DNA of 62,647 bases, counting the filler, from Platydemus manokwari (taxonomy: Eukaryota): the NCBI GenBank assembly GCA_037951405.1. It is 5 parts of 5 records of this genome, joined end to end, with 100 filler letters (N's around TTAATTAATTAA, not from the genome) between each part and the next. Parts side by side here need not be neighbours in the genome. Positions count along the whole stretch, not along the records: positions 1 to 15,139 come from JBBMOY011339204.1; positions 15,240 to 25,543 come from JBBMOY011147105.1; positions 25,644 to 36,440 come from JBBMOY011104887.1; 2 more parts are not named here. One strand, 5' to 3'. The notes beneath the pieces were generated by a model. It saw only the letters and a program-made list of their open reading frames with translations, was not told the origin of the DNA and made no database searches. Below are positions 11,761-26,449 of the stretch, piece after piece. A program made the position numbers and the translations under genes. How positions within the stretch are numbered: position 1 is the stretch's first letter; the number at the start of each line of letters is the position of its first letter.

Positions 11761-14700
11761 TTTTCAAAAATTGACTTATATTAGACCATACACTTAAAAA
11801 CTTATAAATTATTTAAACAAAACGAAATTAGTTCTAAAATTATAATTAACTTTTAATTTATTTTGATAAAATTTCATCAAGTTTATATTATGAAAAATAT
11901 TTACAAAACTAATTATTTAAAAAGTAAAATTAACACATGGAATTTGAAGCAAATTAAATATATTTTACCTCGAATGTATTTTTTAAATCTTAAATTGATT
12001 GGATTGTGTGCTAGATTATTGGAATGAGTCAATAGGAATCATTTTAAATTTTGTAGTTAAAAAACTAGAAAACTTAAGCTTCGTTTTTAAAAAGGTTTTC
12101 TTAATTAATATTGGTGAATTTTATTGTAATTGTATAATATTTTAACCCTCATTATTTTTCTTATAATTGAAGATGACAAAAAGACATTTCCAAAACTCGG
12201 TACAAACACGAAAAAATATAATGAATTGTATACAAAGTGTCATAAATTCTGGTTTTTTAACTGTTTAAAATTAATTCATGTTTATTTCAACAAATGGGTT
12301 CTTCGTGAAATGTTGTTTAAAAACAGAAGCAAAGACTCAACTATATTTACAAATTCCATTCGAAGATCAAATGAGTACTTATGATTAAATCCATGAAGGA
12401 CTAAAGATTGATGAGATAACTTCTGGTTCATGTAACTATTGAAAATATTTTAAAATACAATATATCAGAATACTTTAAACAGAACTATTAATATATTTGA
12501 CTATATTTTGATATACACAGAAAATCACCTTCGTAGCTAGCTGCAGAGTTTACACGAAGAACTGTTTGATTTGCTTTATTGTTCGAATATTTATTCACTC
12601 TTTAAAAATAAACAATTTTAAATTATCAAAGAATTTGTCTTTATTATATAGTTGTACCTACTATAAATGTCACAGTTTTAAACTACATTATTGAGTTTCG
12701 AATCCATTTTTTAACAACGTGATATCTACCTATTATTATGTTAGACAGTTACCATAAAATCAATTGTTTACCAATAGGTAAAGAGTCACATTTGGTTTAA
12801 GTCTAAATTTTTCCTTTAGTAAGTCTCCATATGAATTATAAGAGATTTAAAAGAAACAGTAACAGCAAAATAATTAAAACATACAAACAGGAAAAATAAA
12901 ATTTAATTCATTATTAATATATTAATTATTTGATGTATTATTAATGTATAATACCTACGAAGATACACAGCAGATAGATTTATTAGAGTTGTCGCAATAA
13001 CAACTTGTAAAACTCAAGAGCAGAGATTTATCATTATGCGACATTATTATGAGTCCCCATACGCATAAGGACTAGTATATATTCATCAGTTATTATAAAT
13101 ATTTATCATCGAATTTTCATTTGTTATTAATACTGAATAATAAATTAAATTTCAAATCTGATTTTGCTTAGTTTTGATTAAATATCAATTTCAAAATTTA
13201 TAATAAAATGTAAAAATTGCAAATCTTTCATAAATTTAGAATATTTTTTTCAAGATTTTTATTAGTCCATCATCATCATAGAATAGTTTTTACCGCTATT
13301 CCGGGTTACGTATAAATATCATGTTAGTCTATATTTTAGTGCACCTTTGTCATTTCATTCACAATTCGATAATCTAAAATAACACCCTTTCTTATAAATA
13401 TTTCTTTATAATTGTTTTCTTTATAAATAGCTTATTGACAAATATAGAGTAATGAACTGTTTATTTTTACCAACTATTTTCGAAATTCAATTACAAAAGA
13501 AGACATAAAAACTACATTCATATCATTTTATCATAAATACGGACTTTGTCATTATCATTGATGCTCATGATATCAATCTTGTAATTTATCGAAACAAGTC
13601 TGAGTTATATTGTTTCGTCATTAACGATACAAGCCAAATCATTTTCGAATTTCTTGTAATAAAAAAATCAATTTATCACCGAAAAGTATTATCAATTTAT
13701 ATCAACTTTTGATTGCAAAAATTTTTCTTTATAATTTAGCTTAAGAATTGCTTATTGGATGAGATTTAAATTTATAATTGTTCAAGTGTATTTTTAGCTT
13801 TACTTTTAAAATTAGAATAAATTAAATAAAAATTTATTATAAAATTAGATTTTTGTCGGATTTGCAATCCAAACTCGATCAGTAAAATGTGATCGGTTTT
13901 CATTATATTTGATTATTCTTTTGAAGCTCATGCAATAATAAATCCCAGAACTTATAAGTAAATTAAATTGCACATGTTCAAATAACGAGTCAAAAAATAT
14001 ATTTAAACCGGACATTTTTAACTTCATTAACAATATTTTTAAGTTTCTCATTAAGATTTAAGATTGTTTTAATTATAATTTACTTTAGGTGTATCAGGTT
14101 CTCATTAGCAATTTGGGAATTTACTTTTAGCGATAAAAAGTTTGTAGAAAAGAATAAATGATGAATTAGTGAATCTTTAATTAAACGAATAATTAAATTG
14201 ACTCATTGTTTTTCAGTTAAAAAATCAATATTCATTTAGAAATTTAGAATAATAGTGTACTGATGAAATTGCAATAAGCCCTTATATATTTATATCTTTG
14301 AAGAGTTGAAATCCCAATGGTAATATAATTATATATTTAACAATAACAATTATATGTTTGATTAATAATAAAAAATTTTGTAAAATTCACAATATGGCGA
14401 TTATAAAATTAAAACAATTTTTAAAATAGTAAATTTACATAAAACATTTTTTTATATTAACTATTTATGATTAAAATGTTAATTGAAATACTTTTTTACA
14501 ACTTGTTCAAATATCGATATAAAAGATAAAATTTAGAAATTCTAATTTTTTTTAAAAAAATACAAAGAGTTAACAAATATTTTCTTATATAAAATATACA
14601 TTCCAATAAGTCAAACAATAAAAATTAAAGGAATCATCTTTAGAAATCAAAAAGTATTTAAGTACAAATGGAACATTAAATTATAAAATTTCAAATTATT

Positions 14701-15139
14701 TAAGAACTTCTTTGTTTTGCTTTTATCTCTGTAGATACTCATTTTTAAAGTCGACATTAAAAAGCCTTGAGCTTTTTTATTTTAATTGCTTTGTTTTGCT
14801 ATCTCAAATTAGAATCAATTCTCAAACAAAGAAGTAGATCACAAATGAAAAACTCCATTTCAGTTTCTTAAAAAATATGCTTTGAATCAAATAATTTAAT
14901 AAATATTTTTCAGCTATTTGTTTGAAGTGCATATGGAGGATTATTGATTATAACTAAAAGATAATATTTTAGTAATCATAAAATACCAATTTTTTCGCAA
15001 TTCTCAAATAAATGCAGTACTTACAGCTTTAGTTGGATTTGATTGAAATGCTACAATTCATACTATTTATGTCAAATACGACTGATATCAATTAGATTAT
15101 TTTTATCGTATTATTTGTTTATCGTTGATTTAATATAGA

Positions 15140-15239
15140 NNNNNNNNNNNNNNNNNNNNNNNNNNNNNNNNNNNNNNNNNNNNTTAATTAATTAANNNNN
15201 NNNNNNNNNNNNNNNNNNNNNNNNNNNNNNNNNNNNNNN
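15140..15239. other. Artificial 100-bp contig linker (44 N + TTAATTAATTAA + 44 N)
   Basis: The identical construct occurs at four sites, and TTAATTAATTAA gives stops in all six frames. Confidence 0.97.
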
Positions 15240-18200
15240 GTGGAAATATTGGTTTCGAAAGTGGAAAACGAAGCTTGAATCTCGGCCATAATCGCTTAAT
15301 GAAATGATATACCCTTTAACATTAACATAAGAATCAAATTAATTTAATATTGAATCGTTTAATTAATTTAATTTAGTATTTGAATATTTGGAGATATCGT
15401 TACAAAAACTGTGCTTAATTTACTCTTATCTGGGTTTCAAATTTTGTGCTAGATCTACTTGATGTATAACTCAACTACTCAGTTATTTATCAGACTTAAT
15501 TAAGTAAATGAATATGCTCACTAAAATTTATTTATACAAGAAATATACAATATTAATTACTTCACGTATACAACAGCCAAGCCTCTAATAAAAGTTGAGT
15601 AAATAAGAAACGAAACTAGTTCTCGTATGAATCTAGGCTACTGCCCGTGGGACAACCCTTGGCCTTATAAATACTATCGCAAATACTTAACGATACTTTA
15701 CACGTTTACAGATCATAGAGCATGTGAACTATTGTACTTAACGGTACTGTAGAAGAAAGTAAATTATCTATTCTCCAGTTATGGTTACTATCTTTTCGTC
15801 GATTCTGGAGCACTTGAAGGAAGCTTTGTTCCGTCAAGCAAAAATAATTTGGTAGTTTTCTTGACTTCTGACGGCGCTTCTCTTTCACTCTGGAGTTCCT
15901 TTTCGAATTTTCTTGTAGACTTTTGTGATCACTTTGTCACAAAGTTCTGTTAATGGCAATCTTCATCTTATTGCTTTGGTATTGTTATTTTCAAGTGTCA
16001 GCTACTCAATTTCTACCAGTTTTATTAAATTGATATTTTCTTTTCTCTCAAAAGGTTAAAAAATAATTCATACTCATTCCTTTACTAAAAATAATTTGGT
16101 CATGTCCTGTTAATATATTATACTAAATATATTTATCATTATTATAAGATATGATATTTATATCTATACTGATAATTATATTTTTAACTATTAAATGAGA
16201 AATTTAATTTATTTTCATATCGGGTATTTTTTTATATTTTTAAATTGAATTGGGTATTTTTATTTATATTTCTAAGATTTTTCATTTAAAATCAAAATTT
16301 CCGATTCTATTTTCATGATCCACTTTTCAATTTTTAAAACTTTTATCGCAAAATTTATTAAAATTTTTAATGAAACATTCCAGAATTTGAATAAAATCAA
16401 AAAATTATCCGACTCGAATGTAGAAAATTGGGATGAATTATACAGAAAATGTATTCTTTCTTTTGAAAAGTTATTGAACTATCAAATATCAAATAAAAAT
16501 TACATAACTTTTGAGATTGGTAAAGTTGAATATTACCTATCGTGGGTAGAAAATTGTTATTTTTGTAGAACTGGTCATATCAGTTGCTTAATCAAAGTAT
16601 AGAAATATTATTGTGACATTCGAAAAATGTCATATTTTATTTACCAGAATAATAAATTTTATGAATCGTCAGAAATTGAGAGAATTTCAAAATACTTTTC
16701 TAGATTTCTTTGGATTAATTTTTTAGCTCAGAAAAGATATTTGGTTCTAGATTTAATAAAATAATTCCAAGATTTTATGTTACGAAATGAATTGTTTCAC
16801 TCACAAAGAAGTCGATTCTAGGAATTCAAAAAATAATTGACAATATTCATAAATTTCTGACAATTGTTATTTATATCAGTGATTTATCATCCATTTCTTA
16901 TAGTCTTCAAGTAGAGTGTGACATTATGAGCAACTTTTATCTTTATAGGTCTCTACCAAAATTTAGTTTGGGAGAGTAATGATCGATTAATCTATTTCTA
17001 ATATTAAATAGACATTTCTAAATGATAATCATTGAGATGAGCGCATTCGATTTGGTTCGATAACCATACAAGATTATCCAATTCCTTTGTCTACTTTCTA
17101 TATTATGTTTATAGTTTCAAATTTTTATCAGTTTTTTCGTTAGTGGTCTCGACTTAAATGTTAATTCCATTTTATTGAATTAAACTGATTAACAATCAAG
17201 TCTTATTTACATAATGTTACATGTATTAATGGCTACTAATGACTAAACAATCAAAGTACTGGTAGTAAATCATGATCGAAAATATTCTAGCAAATTAGTT
17301 ATCTATTTGTACTCTTGGTAGATTTGGATGACAATATAAATGACGGGAGCAAGGTGGTATTCAATTCAAGTAAAAAAATTGAATAATTAATTAAATTTGT
17401 GAGAAGGTAAATTTTGCTTAGTGTTTTATTAGCTAATGTGTTTCTTTTGGGCAATCAATCAATTCATCAAATCTATTGAATAAAATGAAAATATTTTGAA
17501 TGTGAAATACCGTTAATATGGATCAATAGCTGCTTGATAATTATGTAATTCTCCTTGAGATATTTTTTCGTTTTAAGCACTATACGCACGCATTGCAGTT
17601 GTTGTAAGTGTCTTTAATCCTGTTGTAAGAATATCTGTGCATTATTTTTATGCATATGTTACTATTATTGTTGCTTACTCTTTGTTGCTATGCTAATCTG
17701 TAAGGCTGCCATGAAATTTTGTCGATATTCTATAAATGTCTGTCCCTGATATATTATTTTTATTCCAGTCTGTGTATATTTTGGTTTTCAAGTTTTTATT
17801 TTATTGTCAAAATCATAAATTTCTTTAAATATGTGAATCAACAGGCCACTATTCTATTTAATTTATTTAACATTAAACAGCTGATTTCTTGTTTGAATTT
17901 ACCCCATTAACATATATGTTTGAAATTTAATTATGGAGTTTTTTTAATGTTTCATTTGCTATAGATTTTCTAAATTTATAGTTATATTATCCTACTTAAC
18001 TATTTAAACTTAAGTTACTCTTTTAATGCCTTGTATAGTATTTTGCTTAATAAATTCCTTATCGATAGAGTCGTTTTCCAACTTCGTTCTAGTTTTACTC
18101 AATTATATTTGAAACTAGCCTGTTGTCGATTTAGAATTGTCCAAAAAGATTTTGTAAAACAATTAATTGGGGTTATAAATGTATTATATTTAAGATTTAC

Positions 18201-20044
18201 ATGGTTATCTAGAGTAAAACTGTCAATATCGATTTTCTTGATATTTTAGATTCCTTTTGAAACATTTCATTGAGCTATGTATTTTGAAAGCTTTACTATT
18301 TTTATTAAAATTGATTTTTTAAATTTATATTGAGAAATACTGATTTTAATTCATATTAGTCATTTTTGAAAGAAATTATTGTTAAGGAATTAACCTTTAT
18401 ACGTTTTTCTTGCAGTATTTAATACGATATTAAAGTTACTTTTAATTTTTATCACTTTAATTCTAATACTTTAGATAAGACCATTGGGACTAATACAGTA
18501 CACAAATCCCAACTTCTTTATATTGCCAGTATATACAAATCAGGTGAATAGCATTTGTCTTAATTAATTCATGTGTTACTTTTTGACTTTATGGTAGGTC
18601 GAATTATTATTGTTGTTTCCAATGCGAACCTAATTTTTTACAATTGGATGATTAATGTCTTAATCAATCTCATGAGTTCTTATTTAAGGTTAAATGTGTA
18701 GCAATTCCTATTAATGATGTTCTTTCACCTCGCGTTCAAGCTATAGTGTGAGGCCTATGTGAAGAGCGTTAATAGCTAATGATTCTTAAATGTATTTCCT
18801 CAATGGATTTGTTATAACTTCATGATGTTAACAAATATAATACTGAATAATATAGAATATACTAAAAAATCGAATATAGACGAAACTAAAGTGATGATGA
18901 AGACAATTGTTACTTTTATTTTTCTTAAGATGGCACCAAATGCATGAAACTATTACTAACTTTTATTATCATGACTAGTTAATTTGAATATGAACTACAT
19001 TAAAATCAAGATATGTTAAAATAAGTTACATTGTTATGTAACATAAAAAATACATATATACACCAATAATACAGTTGCAACTCCGTCTTCAAAATAATTG
19101 ATTGTTTCGCGCTAACTCTCGTTTTGTTGGAGACGAATTTTTTTAAAAGCATGTATTTATAAACATGAATTATAGATTTCGAAACAAGTTTATAGTGTAA
19201 AAAGGATTTACCTTGCAAAATTTCCAGAGGTTACTGGACATATACTGGTTTGGCAAAATGGCTTTGATCACTTTTGAAAGAGATCGAAAACACTTACAAA
19301 TAAATAAGTAACTTGTCTAGTCGTTTCAAAGTTTTAATAATGAGACATTACAAATAAAATTTCTACAAATTGAATTTCGATTTTTAAACATATTAACTTT
19401 TTAAACAAAACTTTCAGATTTGTATTTAAACGTTAATATATTGTAATTAATCTCTTGCAATAATTATTAGAATTTTTAAAAACAGTTAATTCAATTTGAA
19501 GTTTTAATTAAAACATAAAATTTCATTTGTTTGTAATGTTTTTTCCTCTTGAGAAACACAGAACTTCTCATAGCTTAAAGTTTTGGTAATAGTATTAAAT
19601 AAATTGTTATATTGGTTGGATTTAGATTTTTACTTGGTTCGCAGGGGCATCATTAACTGGTATGATGACTAAATTACTGGAAATTTAATTAATTATCTAA
19701 AGGTCTTGATAGCAGGAACTGGTTTGGCGATTGATCTAAATGATATTAGGCGTTTAGTTATTCTTGAGATGATGAAATTTATGGTGAAGCTATGATAGCT
19801 ACTTTGCGTGCTCGTAATGCTCATGCTGATATAGTATCTTAATGAACTGTTTGAGTACTCAAGAATTATATTGATGATTATGTTGTGAATTAGTTACTTG
19901 AACTTAAATCACACAAGTCGTGTCATGTTTAAAAATATTCAATACGATTACTATTATGCTATTTCAAAATACAAACGTTTTAATTAGATTTATTTAACAA
20001 ATAAAACAATATAACAATTAGTAATAAGTAACAAAAAAAATATA

Positions 20045-20868
20045 TCAAATAGTCAGTATTTTGCCTCAGTTGTTAACCGACGAATCCGTAAGACGGACGA
20101 AACAGCTATTAATATTATATAGAAGATGCTTTATCGACAATAAAACGGTAGAATTAAAATAGTAGAATTAATTAAGGTTATGATTAATAGCAATGAATGG
20201 CAAATGTAGTTAACAATCGGCCAACATCTTACTTAAGCTGTGCACTATTTCCAAATAAAGAATTTCTCTTCTGTTAACGGCTTCTTTTCAATGATCTCCA
20301 TTAATACTGAACCTGTAGAGTAATAATAAAATTATTTTGATCCAGAAAGATTATTGCTTGATGATGATCCAACTTATGTTTACTCGAAAAGCTAAATATA
20401 TTATTGACTACATTCTGGATATGAATTAATGATCGCTAATTTGGGCTTAGTAGTTATATATCTTTGAATGCGTTCAGGATACGAGTTAACGATCGCTGAT
20501 TTGCAGCTTAGTAGTTTTTTGGCATTGTTCTATTTTACGGAGCCGTATATATGCTGATATGGTTTCATGAAAGGGTGATTTTTCTCACCCATTGGTTTTA
20601 TTTGTTTGACAATATGATTGCATTTTCTCAATCATTTTGTTCTGATTTTATTTTATAACATATTCCTTAACTCGATTTTTCTCACCTTAATTTTTTAATT
20701 CAATGTTTTATTATTATCTTTCTTCTCCCGGTACATTTTAATGTGCTATTATTATTGTTTCTTAGTATTTTTTTAATTATTTTATCCAATTTTTTTATTA
20801 ATAAATTATCATCTTAATATTTTTTATTCTATTATTTTCGACAACTCGCCTCCACTCTGCTTCTTACA
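20045..20868 (-). repeat. LTR-like dispersed repeat, family H copy 1
   Basis: Shares a TTGCC..TCCG(T)AAG(A)CGGACG block with 24871-24916 and 39370-39429. It ends in a pyrimidine tract plus TACA (TGTA plus purine-rich on the minus strand) and has an internal ~60-bp duplication at 20413-20515. The left end is not defined. Confidence 0.55.
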
Positions 20869-22934
20869 TACATTATAAAAATAGTGTAAAATAAACACAA
20901 AATATAATAATCATTCCAAAGTTTGATAAAACGTAAGATAGAATAAACACATTGATAAGACAGAATATAGAACTATAGTTTTGAGAAACACAAAATGTCG
21001 AAGAAACACAGGATATAATAACTTAAATGTCAATATTATCGGCCACTGGTTTCTCTTCTCAATGCTATTTGATTTGACTCAAGGTTTTTTCTTTGAGCGG
21101 CAATTTGACTCCAGCAGGCTTTTCTGCAATAAAGGTGTTATGAAGCTGTTTGTATTTTATTCTGCAATGTTTTTTATTGTAAATGTTTGTTCAATGGCAA
21201 TAAAAATAGGGTATATATTGTTGGTGCATGTATTGTATTTAAATTATATACATCGGGTCGTGCTAACAAATAGGGTCATAGAGTAGATACTAACAGAGTA
21301 GATATTAATAGGTTTGTTGGTGTGGGAGTCCCAACAATAGTAATTAGTTGCAGTAATTCTTGTTACAAGAATGTTTTATTACAAACTATCGCAATTTCTA
21401 ATCTGAAAATTATTTCATGAGACAATAAAAGTAAATTCATTTTACAATGCCATAAAAAAATTTTAGCATAAAAATAATCTTGTAATAATTTCATAAAACA
21501 TAATTTCTCAATAATCTTTTTGGTTAAGCTAGTAATTTTTTAATTAATATTTTTAATTGATAAAATTTGTCAAACCCACTTTTGCCTCATATTTTTTTCC
21601 AATTGGTTTTGCGTTCTGGTATTTTGAGTTAATAGCGAGAATTGAGCCTTATAAGTTGGATTGGTGTTGGCCATGGATATGGAGATTCTCGAGACTGTGG
21701 TATCTTTATTAGAAAACCATTGATTGAAAAAATTAAAGCAGATAATCTTCACTTTTTTAATCTAATTTTGTGTAAAAGGAAAAACGAAAATAAATGAACT
21801 CTGGTAAGGAAAGAAATTACCCAAGACCCGAATAATTAACCAATGACACAAACTGGAAATAAGTCGATTGTCGTTTCTTTGATCGAAAACCGCGACTGAA
21901 ATTGAACAAATTGCTATTGAGGCCTAATATTTACGCAAATAAGAGTTACTAATGCATATATATGAATTACAGTAGTGTAGTACGCGACGTTGCGGGTAAA
22001 TTGTTGTGTAGCCAGTAATTTCTGAAATTGTGTTTTTCAAATTAGTACAGGACGTGTTCATCTTTGTGCAATTAACTGAATTAACGATTTGGGAACCTGG
22101 TTTGGACTAGTATTATTTGTGATATAAATATAAATGTTCACAAAAAGATTTATACTTATTCCTCAGTGTGAATTGTATTGTTTTCTTTTCGGCTTGTAGT
22201 TTTCCATATTATCTATTATTTTATTTCCATACAACAACGAGAGGTTTTTCTATCTCTGCGTTTCTAACTAAATTTAAATAATTTCTAAAAATATTCAAAA
22301 AAAAGTAAAATTACAGTTAAAATTATTATTTCAAAGTCATAGTTTCAATTCAGTGAATTGTTATCACATTGTCTAAAATGTTAAAATAAGTTAAAATTTC
22401 ACCAATATACATTTCAGGTTTTGATAATTCAATAAGTATCACGATTTTATTAATGTACTTGTCAATATTTCATTCCTCTGTGTTTTGGATGCGCTATTTT
22501 TATTTCATGATATATACTAATCAGTATTATTTTTAACATTACTGATTTCAGTTTTAGTGTACTAAATTTACTATTTAATGTTGTCGCTTTATTCAATTCT
22601 GTTTGATTGTTCCTTAAATTTTTTATTCATATGCAGGTTTATTATAAACATCGAGGTCTTTAATACATTTATTTATTTCCACTTGGAGTGTCATCGTTAT
22701 TTGATTTAGCTCATTATGTTCATATACTGCTTATTTTTATTTTTTTGTTTGCATGTGGATTTTGCATTTATTATTTTGTTATAAGGAAATCATTTACCAC
22801 ATTAAATTTTAAAATTCAGATTTAGATATAATGAATAGATTCCGTATAGTCATAGTTACAGTAATTAATATATTGATGGCTACTAACTGTAACAGTTTTA
22901 AATAAACTTGGAATTGGCATAACTGATTAACTTG

Positions 22935-23230
22935 AATTATACGTTTTGGGGTCACTCTTTTTATTCTTTCTTATTATTCTTTTTATTTGACCTAAATCTA
23001 CGTCTTATCAGTACTCTGAGTCCATCTTGACCCTCAGGTAGTATTTTGGTCTTATGTGTTTTGACATTTATTCGCCTCGACGATCGCGACTTATATGAAG
23101 ATAAGTGGATCGGTGTAGAAATTGATATTATTTTATTCTTGTCTTTTACCTCTATTATCGTCTCCTCACTCTTATTATCAGTCTCTTTAGTCAATTTATT
23201 TAACAAAATTATTCCCAAAATCGATGTGGA
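22935..23230 (-). repeat. Dispersed repeat, family X
   Basis: Its reverse complement CTACCTGAGGGTCAAGATGGACTCAGAG...AGTGACCCCAAAACG matches 25794-25892. It also matches 3935-4225. Confidence 0.65.
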
Positions 23231-24870
23231 ATGATAATAAATTATATGTATTATGAGCTTGTGATGTCATAAGCCAACTGGAAATTCAAAAGTCTACTCG
23301 ATGTTTGTGTTACAATGTTTATTATTAATTACAATTATACACCGAATTATGAATTACTGCGTTCTACAATTAGGGCTATAAATTACTACTTATATGAAAA
23401 TTATATGCAATTAACAATGCTTATAAATTACTACAATATACAATGATTTTTAAACAACTACTTCTATACACGTAAACGATGAAATTAAATTCAATGTGCA
23501 ATTCAATGGAAGCAGATTAATACCAACAGTTACCTTCGTGATATTCGGTCAGTGTCCGTTTCTTCAGAGTTTTTCCGAGCTCGGCTCGATAAATAGGAAG
23601 AATATACGATATACTTGGTAATATGTATTTTACACGAATGAGTCTTAGGTGACCTAAACCTTCGGCAATTAGTATAATTAAATACTCTTCCTATATTTCT
23701 GTAGGGCATAAACTGGATAGCACGGCTCTGGAGAAATTGACTAGCTTTGGTGGCAAAATTATCTTTTTTACTAATTCACTTAACACACTATTCTAGTGGT
23801 TTCCAATGAAGAGTAAGGCATATGATGTTTGACTACCTTATATACGATTCAAGGGACAATTATTAGGATAGAATAAAATATGCGGGTTTTATTTCTAGTT
23901 TAATTATGACGAGTTTTCACAATACAAAAGGATTATGTGGTTGCTGTGCGGGTTTTATTGTGGAAGGTTATTTTAAAATGCGGATAAATTCGGGAAAAAT
24001 ATAGGGATTTTATTATCGACCAAGAATACTAAATTATCTTAAAATTTAGGGTTATTTTATTTTTCTGCTTCGACTTATATTTATTAAAGAAAAGAATAAC
24101 AATTGCACATTGAAGATAAAAATAAAATGATAAAAAGTTGCTACTAATATACATTGAATCAAGTCATGCAAAAATTGTTAAATAAATGTCATTTACCTGG
24201 AACCCCAAGATGAATAACGTTTTGAAACAATTCGTTGAAATATTTTTTCTATTATCGATATCCGTGAGTTGTGTCAATTCCTTTGATCAATTCCTTTGTA
24301 TTCAGAAATAATTATTAAAAACAAATATTATTGCTGAAAATTCCTATCATCAAGAAGATTTGTTATCAGTGAATTCATTGTAACTTGTCATCTGGTATAA
24401 GAGAACATAATAAGATTCCATTTTAATTGTTTATTTCATTATAATAATAATATATTAAATATTTTGTGATTGTGATGTCAGGATGGTTAGAATTCTTTTA
24501 ATTTAGTAATTATAACAATTGTTAAATAATGTTATGGGTTTGTATTTTAACTGGTTCTTAAGAGGCTTCAACAACGGGTGTAATGACCTCGCTATTGGTA
24601 AATTAAAAATTAGTATTATCTATAGGCCTTAATCAATTGATGACTGAGTCCTTCACGATACCCAAAACTGATCTCGAATGCTGTAATATTCAATCAATCA
24701 ATCTCCTAAACCTAATTGATCAATATACAATAATATAATTTAAACTGTTACGACGTGCATGTTTATAATTAATTGTCTAAATCAAAGAAACACAATAGTT
24801 GATTTTGAACAAATATATTTTAAGAAACAAAAAACAATCCAGCAGAAAAATTTAAACAAAAAAGTATAAT

Positions 24871-25529
24871 TCAAATAGCCGACATGTTGCCTCAGCAGAG
24901 TCCGAAGCGGACGGAGGAAAGATATGCAGCACAGAGAAGAGAGATTGTGGGCAAAGTTAATTTTACAATAATTCATACAATTGAAATTACTACTTTACTT
25001 AATGATTATTTATATGAAAAAATGATAATAAAATTGAAATACTGCTTACTCCAATAAAAGTTAATCGTAGTGATGAAAAAAATAGATCCTTGTAACAATT
25101 AATCCTCTTCTCTATCTGCAATGTAATATAAAATTCTTCGAATTGTTTAACTTTGATTTTTACAATTGTGGTTATTGATTGTTGTGGTTATTGTGGTGGC
25201 CGGTTCGGTTTTCAGCTTGGTATTTATATCTCGCTGTGATGGCCTCCGCCTTCTATTTTTGGTAACATTGTTACCGTCGGCAATTTAATTTACATTTGTC
25301 GACATTTCTCGAATATTTATTTCGATTACAATGTACTTTTATTAATATATTTTATTATTTATTGTAAATTATTTATTTATTATTGCTTATTAGATATCCG
25401 TTTTATTCTTTATTTCTACATAAACAGTTATTAAATATTATATTCATTATTTATTCCTGTTATTTTATTTTATTATTTTTTATAATTTAGCACTTTCTCT
25501 TCCCCACTTTCTTTCCCCGCTTCGCTACA
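24871..25529 (-). repeat. LTR-like dispersed repeat, family H copy 2
   Basis: Hairpin GTCCG-AAG-CGGAC at 24900-24912, minus-strand TATAAATA at ~25221-25228 preceded by GGCGG, and terminus TGTAGCGAAGCGGGGAAAG on the minus strand. Confidence 0.55.
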
Positions 25530-25543
25530 TTACATACCTTAAT

Positions 25544-25643
25544 NNNNNNNNNNNNNNNNNNNNNNNNNNNNNNNNNNNNNNNNNNNNTTAATTAATTAAN
25601 NNNNNNNNNNNNNNNNNNNNNNNNNNNNNNNNNNNNNNNNNNN
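25544..25643. other. Artificial 100-bp contig linker
   Basis: N44-TTAATTAATTAA-N44. Confidence 0.97.
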
Positions 25644-25789
25644 CTTATCTTATTACATAACCATTACATAATTTGATCTTTCTTACCTACTCAATTATAA
25701 TACTCCCCCTATTTTTAATGTTGAAATTTGAGAAGTAAATGAGAGCATTATACTTGGGTAGATTACAGTAATAAGAATCATAAGGTTTC

Positions 25790-25900
25790 ACTGCTACCTG
25801 AGGGTCAAAAACGGACTCAGAGAACTCAGAAGTAGAATCGATCAATTTAAACAAACAAATAATAAGCCATAAAATAAAGTGACTCCAAAACGCATCAATA
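25790..25900 (+). repeat. Dispersed repeat, family X (inverted relative to 22935-23045)
   Basis: CTACCTGAGGGTCAAAACGGACTCAGAG...AGTGACTCCAAAACG. Confidence 0.65.
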
Positions 25901-26449
25901 CAAAAATTTCTGAAATATTTTTGATTTATTCTGTAGTGTTTCTTTGTTGAAATTTTTTTTCATTATATTATAATTTTATATATTATATCATATATTATTT
26001 TAATGCCCTCATGATCGTACTTGATACAGAATTTATCACACTTTAGCACATTAGATTAGGACTTATGGTTTCATCACATTTGTGATTTGACAATCCATAT
26101 CGTTGGTAATTAATTTTGTTTTCTTGAGTATCGAATGTTTTTGACTCGTTTATTTTGCGCCATATAATTATTTGAATTCTACTTTGGCTTATTTCTTACG
26201 AATTTTATCGCGCGATCCATTTTGTATTTTTATTTATTTGTTTGCAGACTTAGAATGCAATTTTCGTCACCAATATTTCTTTTCAAATTCCTCGAAACTA
26301 ATTCTCATTTGTTACCTAAGAGCAGATGTTAAGGGGAAGTAATATTTCCCACATATGATTCTTTATATTGTTTTCATAGATTATCTATACCCTTGTCTAT
26401 GTGTTCTTCTTTAAGTAATAAAGTTAGTTTATGAGTGTTTATGTAAGTG

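Noticed and set aside
12100-13090. Possible spliced gene next to the PPME1 promoter
   Set aside because: GT/AG-bounded blocks exist on both strands, but I found no stop-free, phase-consistent or recognisable protein.
16315-16602. ORF ending CYFCRTGHISC
   Set aside because: Knuckle spacing is wrong. It is probably another gag relic but too decayed to call.
24040-24060. TAACCCTAA telomerase-template-like 9-mer (minus strand)
   Set aside because: A single short match within repeat-like DNA, with no pseudoknot or H/ACA support.
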